Shown: in pieces, positions 57,379 to 64,000 of the stretch | How the letters are laid out: each line of letters opens with the position of its first letter | How positions within the stretch are numbered: the stretch's first letter is position 1 | DNA from: a virus | DNA length: 64,000 bases | Strand: one strand, 5' to 3' | Virus record (IMG/VR): IMGVR_UViG_3300032291_001492 | Coordinates: 1-64,000 of that record | Translations under genes and position numbers: made by a program | The notes under the pieces: model-generated | Database searches by the model: none | What the model was told of the DNA's origin: nothing | Seen by the model: only the letters and a program-made list of their open reading frames with translations

Positions 57379-58139
57379 CCAAAGGTTTTGTAATAATGGC
57401 ACAAAATACAACAAATGTGAAATATACTAACTGTGCCAAAGCCTTAGAAAAAAGTATAAAGCGTGTTATGCCAAACGCTAATGTTACTATTGTTACTACT
57501 GAAATGCTGCCTCACGGAGATTTGGCTCCCGCGAGTGATTGGAAATTAATAAACGATTGGCAAGTCTATGAAGCAAGTCCATATGATGAGACTATTAAAT
57601 TAGAAGCAGATATGTACATTCCTAGAAGTATTGAACATTGGTGGGATATATTATCTCAAAAAGATGTTGTGGTGTGTAATACTATTAGGAATTTTAAACA
57701 AGAAATTTCAGATGTACGAGTATATCGTAGATTTATTGATGATAATAATTTACCAGATGTATATAACGCAATTACATATTTTAAGAAATCGGATACAGCT
57801 AAACAATTTTTTTACATTGTGAGAAATGTATTTGATAATTGGAAAGAATATAAAGCTATACTAAAATGCAATCCGGAAGAACCGGCGACAACTGATTGGG
57901 CGTATGCAATTGCATGTCATATTATTGGTATTGAAAAAACAATGTTACCTAACTTTACCGAAATGAGTATGGTACATATGAAACAATTTATTAACAATAC
58001 CCCTACAGAAAATTGGACAGATACATTTGTTTATGAATGTTTGCCCAATCAAATTAGAATTCAAACCGTACCGCAATTTTATCCTTTTCACTATCATATA
58101 AAGAACTTTAGTGATAAAATATTAGAAAGTATGAAATGA
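57375..58139 (+). CDS. Second GT-A-fold glycosyltransferase-like paralogue (ExD variant)
   Basis: GFVIMAQN....Y..CA..L..SI, SPYDETIKLEADM, TDWAYAIA, HMK, PFHYH.K. Confidence 0.65.
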   Translation: MTKGFVIMAQNTTNVKYTNCAKALEKSIKRVMPNANVTIVTTEMLPHGDLAPASDWKLINDWQVYEASPYDETIKLEADMYIPRSIEHWWDILSQKDVVVCNTIRNFKQEISDVRVYRRFIDDNNLPDVYNAITYFKKSDTAKQFFYIVRNVFDNWKEYKAILKCNPEEPATTDWAYAIACHIIGIEKTMLPNFTEMSMVHMKQFINNTPTENWTDTFVYECLPNQIRIQTVPQFYPFHYHIKNFSDKILESMK

Positions 58140-58492
58140 ATACCGAAGACACCTCATCAGATTTTGTAATAATATGGGAACCCCCTAAACTAGAAACACC
58201 TGAGTTTAGGTTATATTATGATAGCACCGGCGCAGTAATATGTTACACCGGTGACAAATCTATGCAGGGTAATTATATTGTAATTGATGCACATACATTT
58301 GCTGCCGCAAGACCTGATGTAAGAGTTATCGATGGTAGGATATCTAGTGTTGCACCTAATGCAGTAGTTTATAAATTAATGCCAGACAATATCGAAGGTA
58401 AAGACTGTCATATTGAAGATATAAGTGTATTAGTTGATGAATTATATACTGGCAAAAAGCAAAAATGGAAATTAAACATATATGAACTCTGA
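58136..58492 (+). CDS. Hypothetical protein (118 aa)
   Basis: EFRLYYD..G.VICY motif; overlaps both neighbours. Confidence 0.75.
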   Translation: MNTEDTSSDFVIIWEPPKLETPEFRLYYDSTGAVICYTGDKSMQGNYIVIDAHTFAAARPDVRVIDGRISSVAPNAVVYKLMPDNIEGKDCHIEDISVLVDELYTGKKQKWKLNIYEL

Positions 58493-59435
58493 TGATATTA
58501 TTGATGTTGCGGATTTAGATTGTGTATATCTAAGCTATGATGAACCACAAAAAGAAGAATTTTGGATTAAGATAAAAAATATGGTGCCTTGGGCAAAACG
58601 TGTTGATGGTGTAAAAGGAAGTGATGCCGCACACAAAGCCGCAGGTGAAGCAAGCGACACGGAACGTTTCATTCTAATTGATGGCGACAATATGCCAAAC
58701 GAAGATTTCTTCAATATTCAATTAGATTTTACAAACAAAGATCCTTCATTTAAGAAAGCACAGTTTCGTTGGAAAGCAGTAAACAGTATTAATGGTTTGC
58801 GTTATGGTAATGGTGGCATGAGTAGTTGGACAAAAGAATATGTTGCTAATATGAAAACGCATGAACATCAAACAGAAGGTGATGTATCTCGCATTGCTGA
58901 TTTCTGTATGGGAGGTAATGATAATTTATATTGGGCTATGTACAATTGCTACAGCACAACATACCCTAACTACACACCCTTTCAAGCATGGCGTGCAGGA
59001 TTCCGTGAAGGTGTTAAAATGAGTTTAGACAGAGGTGCAAGACCTTCTGTTGAAGCGTTTAAAGAAACAGTAGCAAGTAGAAATTTAAATAATCTAACTA
59101 TCTGGCACAACGTAGGTATGGATGTAGAAAACGGTGAGTGGGCGATAATGGGAGCCCGTATGGGTACACATATGACTATGCTCACTGATTGGGACCATGC
59201 TAATGTTCAATGGTTTGATAATTACATTGAGATGTGGAATAAGATCAAAGACGAAGATCCATTAGAACTATCAGAAATATATGGCATCGAACTAAAAACT
59301 AAATTGGATTTGCCAATGTGTGCATTAGATAGTGACCAAAGTAAATTTTTTAAGCGTCACTATAAAGCAGATTTTCATAACTTAGATCCATTAGTAACTG
59401 AGATGGATGTAATTCGTAGAATTGAAGGATGGTAA
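58482..59435 (+). CDS. Glycosyltransferase-like protein (GT-A, DGD)
   Basis: YLSYDEP, KRVDGVKGSDAAHKAA, RFILIDGDN, NGL.YGNGG, QAWRAGFREGVKM. Confidence 0.6.
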   Translation: MNSDDIIDVADLDCVYLSYDEPQKEEFWIKIKNMVPWAKRVDGVKGSDAAHKAAGEASDTERFILIDGDNMPNEDFFNIQLDFTNKDPSFKKAQFRWKAVNSINGLRYGNGGMSSWTKEYVANMKTHEHQTEGDVSRIADFCMGGNDNLYWAMYNCYSTTYPNYTPFQAWRAGFREGVKMSLDRGARPSVEAFKETVASRNLNNLTIWHNVGMDVENGEWAIMGARMGTHMTMLTDWDHANVQWFDNYIEMWNKIKDEDPLELSEIYGIELKTKLDLPMCALDSDQSKFFKRHYKADFHNLDPLVTEMDVIRRIEGW

Positions 59436-60829
59436 TGAGTAGCGAACAGCAACGTATAAAAGACATTAAGATTAAAATTGAGAATGAAGTAGGTCCAACC
59501 TTCTGTCTTGCTAAATGGCACCATGTTACTATGTACCTACAGTCAGGAGAAACACATAGTTGTTATCATCCACAACCTCATAAAATTCCAATTAGCGAGT
59601 TAATAGACAATCCTTCAGCGTTACATAATACACAACAAAAAAAAGAAGAACGTAAACTTATGTTAGATGGTGGTAAACCATCCGGTTGCCAGTATTGCTG
59701 GAACATTGAGAGTATGGGTCCTGACTATATTAGTGATAGACATATACGCAACGCTAGCATATTCACAGAAGAACGATATGAACAGACTGTCAAAGGTCCT
59801 TGGAATCAAAATATAAATCCAGAATACTTAGAAATTAACTTTGGTAACGAATGTAATTTCAAGTGCGGCTATTGTCATCCTAAGTATTCTACTAGTTTCT
59901 ATAATGAAATTAAAAAGAATGGCCCTGTCACTACAGTAAAAAATCATAGATGTGACATTGACTGGATGACACTTTATCAACGTGAAGAAGAAAATCCATA
60001 CGTTGATGCATTTTGGAAATGGTGGCCCGAATTACGTAAAACATTAAACATTATGCGAGTAACCGGCGGCGAACCTACGATGCATACTAGCACATGGAAA
60101 TTGTTGAAAGAGATTGAGCAAGATCCTATGCCTTGGTTAGAACTAAATATCAATAGTAATTTAGGAACTAAAACTGCACTAGTAGAAAAATTAGCTGATA
60201 GTGTTAAAAAATTAGTAGACAATAAAAAAATACGTGCATTCAAATTGTTTACTAGTCTGGATACATGGGGTGAACGTGCAGAGTACATTAGAACCGGATT
60301 AGATTTAGAATTGTGGGAAAAGAATTTTCACACATATTTGACCCGTACAGATAGTCCAATCACATTTATGATAACCTTTAATATATTTTCAGTCACTACA
60401 TTTAAGTCATTACTTGAAAAAATGTTAGAATGGCGTGAACAATATGGTTGGTATGAAGATATAAAAAGCCATCGTGTTAGATTTGACACCCCGTATTTGC
60501 GAGACCCAATTCAATACGATATGAATATATTGCCTAAAGAAGAATTCATGCCTTATATGAATGATACACTGGCATTTATGAAAGCTAATGTAGATGATGA
60601 AGCCAGTAATAAATTTACAACAGTTGAATATGAAAAATTTAAACGTGTTGTTGATTATATGGCTGAGACAGTATATCCAGAAAGTAAATTGATTGAAGGT
60701 CGAAGAGATTTTTATAATTGGTTTAATGAACTAGATGAACGCCGCGAAAATGATATGTTATCTGTGTTTCCTGAAATGTTAGGATTTTATAGATTATGTC
60801 AAGAGGTTAACCAAACACATCCAAAATGA
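59435..60829 (+). CDS. Radical SAM enzyme with N-terminal Twitch-like domain (#1)
   Basis: FCLAKW..HSCYH...CQYCW N-terminal cluster; CNFKCGYC; TGGEP; NSN; TSLD...AEYIR.G. Start MSSE via TAATG coupling. Confidence 0.88.
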   Translation: MSSEQQRIKDIKIKIENEVGPTFCLAKWHHVTMYLQSGETHSCYHPQPHKIPISELIDNPSALHNTQQKKEERKLMLDGGKPSGCQYCWNIESMGPDYISDRHIRNASIFTEERYEQTVKGPWNQNINPEYLEINFGNECNFKCGYCHPKYSTSFYNEIKKNGPVTTVKNHRCDIDWMTLYQREEENPYVDAFWKWWPELRKTLNIMRVTGGEPTMHTSTWKLLKEIEQDPMPWLELNINSNLGTKTALVEKLADSVKKLVDNKKIRAFKLFTSLDTWGERAEYIRTGLDLELWEKNFHTYLTRTDSPITFMITFNIFSVTTFKSLLEKMLEWREQYGWYEDIKSHRVRFDTPYLRDPIQYDMNILPKEEFMPYMNDTLAFMKANVDDEASNKFTTVEYEKFKRVVDYMAETVYPESKLIEGRRDFYNWFNELDERRENDMLSVFPEMLGFYRLCQEVNQTHPK

Positions 60830-62103
60830 CAGAAAAAATATCAAACAATAAAGAATTCGATCTTACGCAAAGTAAAACTTTTTGCATGTCTCCTTGGATA
60901 CACTTGTACTCAAGTCCTAGTGGTGAGGCAGCACCGTGTTGTATTGCTGAATCATGTGCCCAGGGCGGAGTGGGTAACACTAGAACACAATCATTAATGG
61001 AAGTAGTTAATTCACCTAAAATGAATCAACTACGAAATGATATGCTATCTGGGGTAAAGAATAAAGAATGCGATAAATGTTACATGCATGAAGATCAAAA
61101 CTTATTAAGTTCACGTAATATGCTTAATACTAGATTTGGTCCTAATTTCTACGATGAAGTTATTGAAAATACAAACATTGACGGATCATTGGCTAAATTT
61201 AAAATGAGATATTTTGATATTCGTTTTAGTAATATATGTAATTTTAAATGTAGAACATGCGGTTCCGGCTTTAGTACACAATGGGAACAAGAAGATTTAA
61301 AAAATAATGTTTACCATGCAAAAATAATTCCAAAAAATGATAATCCAGATTTTTTAAAAGAAATATTTGATCAAATAGATTTTATGGAAACCGCTTATTT
61401 TGCGGGCGGTGAACCCTTAATCACAGAAGAACATTATATTTTGTTAGAAGAAATGATACGAAGAGGTCGTACTGATATCCAACTAAGGTATAATACAAAC
61501 TTAAGCAATTTTAAATTTAAAAACAAAGATTTATTATCTTTATGGAAGCATTTTAGTAAAGGGGTCGATATATATGCAAGCATTGACCATTACGGAGAAC
61601 GTGCAGAGTATATAAGACACGGAACAGATTGGGGAGTAGTAGAAAGTAATTTTTTACAAGCTAAAAAAACTCCCTATTTAAGAGTGAATATGAACACTGT
61701 ATTAAGTGTTTTTAATTTTTTAACAATACATGAATTTTATCAATATCTAATAGATAAAAAATTATATACTCCTAATAGTAGTGTTTATACACTATATAAC
61801 ATGTCAACTCCTGATTATTTGGCTTGTCATATTTTGCCCTTAGATTATAAAGATGTTGGAAAAAATAGTATTGAAAAAACTATGCGATTATTAAAAGATA
61901 AGAGATTTAAAAAACACCATATAACGCAACTATCAGATACTATTCCTTGGATTTATTCAAAAGATTCATGGGATGAAAACAAATATCAATTTAGAAAAGA
62001 AGTAAAAAGATTAGACTCAATTAGAGGGGAAGATTTTTCAAAAACTTTTCCTGAATTAGCTCCGTTGTTACTTCCAGATCGTAATAAATTTTTCCCTATA
62101 TGA
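60826..62103 (+). CDS. Radical SAM enzyme with N-terminal Twitch domain (#2)
   Basis: FCMSPW..PCC...CDKC; CNFKCRTC; FAGGEP; YNTN; SID...AEYIRHG; LD.IRGE.F..TFPEL. Confidence 0.9.
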   Translation: MTEKISNNKEFDLTQSKTFCMSPWIHLYSSPSGEAAPCCIAESCAQGGVGNTRTQSLMEVVNSPKMNQLRNDMLSGVKNKECDKCYMHEDQNLLSSRNMLNTRFGPNFYDEVIENTNIDGSLAKFKMRYFDIRFSNICNFKCRTCGSGFSTQWEQEDLKNNVYHAKIIPKNDNPDFLKEIFDQIDFMETAYFAGGEPLITEEHYILLEEMIRRGRTDIQLRYNTNLSNFKFKNKDLLSLWKHFSKGVDIYASIDHYGERAEYIRHGTDWGVVESNFLQAKKTPYLRVNMNTVLSVFNFLTIHEFYQYLIDKKLYTPNSSVYTLYNMSTPDYLACHILPLDYKDVGKNSIEKTMRLLKDKRFKKHHITQLSDTIPWIYSKDSWDENKYQFRKEVKRLDSIRGEDFSKTFPELAPLLLPDRNKFFPI

Positions 62104-63326
62104 ACAAAAATTATCTATTAAATGATAGCAAAACGTTTTGTATGTTTCCGTGGGTACATCTAAATGTAACTCCCAAAGGTGATATATATCCTTGCTGTAG
62201 TAATGACTATACGCAACCCTTCGGAAACACAAAAGAAATAACATTAAAACAGGCATTTAACAGTGAACCAATGAAGCAATTGCGATTGGACATGTTAAAT
62301 GACAAACCTAATAAAATATGCAATTTCTGTTACAAGCACGAAGAAGCAGGTCCGCATAGTTTTAGAAATTACAGTAAAGAACATTTTGGAAAACACTTTG
62401 ATGAAGTTGTGCCCACTACGTTAGAAGATGGAACTGTTCCTGAATTTAAGATGCATTACTTTGACATTCGTTTTAGTAACATATGTAATTTCAAATGTAG
62501 AACATGCGGTAGTGAGTTTAGCAGTCAGTGGGGAGCAGAGATGCGAGCTAATCATGATCCTAAGCATCCCATTATTATTCATGCTGATGAAAAAGGTAAT
62601 TTATTGCGTGAAGTACTAGAACAAGTAGAACACATTGATTTGGCATATTTTGCAGGTGGAGAGCCCACACTTACCGAAGAGCATTATATAATGCTTGAAG
62701 AAATGATACGTAAAGGCCGCACTGACATTACATTACGCTATAACACAAACGCTAGTAATATCAAGTTTAAAGATTATGATTTACTAGACATGTGGAAGCA
62801 CTTTAAGAAAATTGAATTGAGTTGCAGTGTTGACCATTATGGTGAACGTGCAGAATGGCTACGTCATGGTACTGATTGGGGATTAGTTGAAAGTAATCTG
62901 TTAAAGTTCCGTGAATTAGATTATGTTAGTTTTCAAATGAACACTGTATTCAGTATCTTTAACTATAGTACAATTGGTGAATTTTATCAGTACTTAAAAG
63001 ACAAGAATATTATTAGAGCAGAAGATTGGTATCATAGTTTGTACTTGGCAGTACATCCTAGTTATTATAGTGCTAAGAGTCTACCCAAAGAATTAAAAAT
63101 TGAAGCCGCAAAGAAAGCACTTGATTGGGCAGATAAGAATACAGGTGATCATACCTCATTATCACGCTTAGTTACTGATGCAGTAAACTTTGCTACAGAC
63201 GATGACATATGGACTGAAAATAAAGAAACTTTCATGTTGCATACAGGTTCAGGAGATAGAATTCGTAATGAAAGTTTCTGGAAAACATTCCCTGAATTAA
63301 ATAAATTGATGGATTTAACGGAGTAA
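62100..63326 (+). CDS. Radical SAM enzyme with N-terminal Twitch domain (#3), close paralogue of #2
   Basis: FCMFPW..PCC...CNFC; YFDIRFSNICNFKCRTCGS identical to #2; FAGGEP. Confidence 0.9.
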   Translation: MNKNYLLNDSKTFCMFPWVHLNVTPKGDIYPCCSNDYTQPFGNTKEITLKQAFNSEPMKQLRLDMLNDKPNKICNFCYKHEEAGPHSFRNYSKEHFGKHFDEVVPTTLEDGTVPEFKMHYFDIRFSNICNFKCRTCGSEFSSQWGAEMRANHDPKHPIIIHADEKGNLLREVLEQVEHIDLAYFAGGEPTLTEEHYIMLEEMIRKGRTDITLRYNTNASNIKFKDYDLLDMWKHFKKIELSCSVDHYGERAEWLRHGTDWGLVESNLLKFRELDYVSFQMNTVFSIFNYSTIGEFYQYLKDKNIIRAEDWYHSLYLAVHPSYYSAKSLPKELKIEAAKKALDWADKNTGDHTSLSRLVTDAVNFATDDDIWTENKETFMLHTGSGDRIRNESFWKTFPELNKLMDLTE

Positions 63327-63328
63327 AA

Positions 63329-64000
63329 ATGCAAGACCCAATAGTTGTAGAGAATTTAGTAAAACATGGTAAACACTTTTGTGTATTACCCTGGGTCCAC
63401 TTTCATTCATGGCCTGATGGCAGAGTTATGCCTTGCTGTGTTGCTGATAGTAATATGCCAGTGGCTGAGATTAAAAAAGATGAATCTATCATACAAATGG
63501 TTAATAGTGAAGATTTCAAAAAAATGCGTACTGCTATGTTAGCTGATGAACCAGTTGAAGCATGTAAGCGTTGCTATGACCTAGAGTTAATGGGTACTTG
63601 GACAATGCGTTTAAGTCATAATAAACGCCGAGGATTAGAGTATGTTAATCATATAAGTGAAATTACAGAAGATGATGGTAGTTTGACGGAATTCAAAATG
63701 AAATACATGGATTTACGTTTTAGTAATATGTGTAACATGAAGTGCCGTAGTTGTGGTCCTGGCTGTAGTAGTTTATGGGCACAAGAGTTTATTGATGAAC
63801 GTGGCGTGGATGTATACGAAGAATATTTTCACACAAAAAAAATTGTAATTAACAAAGCAGAAGAAATGGGCTTTATGAATAAATTAAAGCCATATCTAAA
63901 AGATGTTACTGAGGTTTATTTTGCTGGTGGTGAAATTATTATCACCCCGGAACATTATGAATGTTTAGATTATTGGATTGAGAATGGCTTAAACGAACAA
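63329..64000 (+). CDS. Radical SAM enzyme with N-terminal Twitch domain (#4), 3'-truncated at window edge
   Basis: Manual translation: MQDPIVVENLVKHGKHFCVLPWVH...PCC...CKRC...DLRFSNMCNMKCRSC...YFAGGEI; GGAG before the ATG at 63329. Confidence 0.88.
   Translation, partial: MQDPIVVENLVKHGKHFCVLPWVHFHSWPDGRVMPCCVADSNMPVAEIKKDESIIQMVNSEDFKKMRTAMLADEPVEACKRCYDLELMGTWTMRLSHNKRRGLEYVNHISEITEDDGSLTEFKMKYMDLRFSNMCNMKCRSCGPGCSSLWAQEFIDERGVDVYEEYFHTKKIVINKAEEMGFMNKLKPYLKDVTEVYFAGGEIIITPEHYECLDYWIENGLNEQ

Noticed and set aside
1-64000. Stop-codon reassignment (no TAG seen among the gene ends I checked)
   Set aside because: Genes are full-length and densely packed under the standard code; TAA preference is expected in AT-rich DNA.

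Overview
A 64-kb AT-rich segment of a large T4-like (Tevenvirinae/Kyanoviridae-style) myovirus genome, read in the standard genetic code. From left to right: two Gly/Asn-repeat fibre-like proteins, a degenerate HNH protein, a DUF6165-like protein and a radical SAM gene; a minus-strand head module (gp23 capsid, gp22-like scaffold, gp21 protease, acidic core protein, gp20 portal) preceded by a tape-measure protein with a GH19-like lytic domain; gp26/gp51-like hub genes; a ~500-bp non-coding region dense in hairpins; a minus-strand recombination/late-transcription block (resolvase, gp46, sulfotransferase-like gene, gp47, gp55); a plus-strand baseplate/tail block (gp48/54-like, gp53, hub, gp5, gp25, gp6, a 6463-aa giant protein, fibres); and a tightly coupled operon of three glycosyltransferase-like genes plus at least four N-terminal-Twitch radical SAM genes that runs off the right edge. 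A late-promoter motif ([GAT]ATAAATA, with CTAAATA and ATAAGTA variants) recurs upstream of most transcription units. The two best candidates for undescribed biology are (1) the late glycosyltransferase/radical-SAM operon, possibly a virion-decoration pathway, and (2) the promoter + AT-rich + multi-hairpin element at 15.36-15.86 kb, possibly a large ncRNA or an R-loop-type origin. All product calls come from motif recognition and synteny by eye. No database searches were run.
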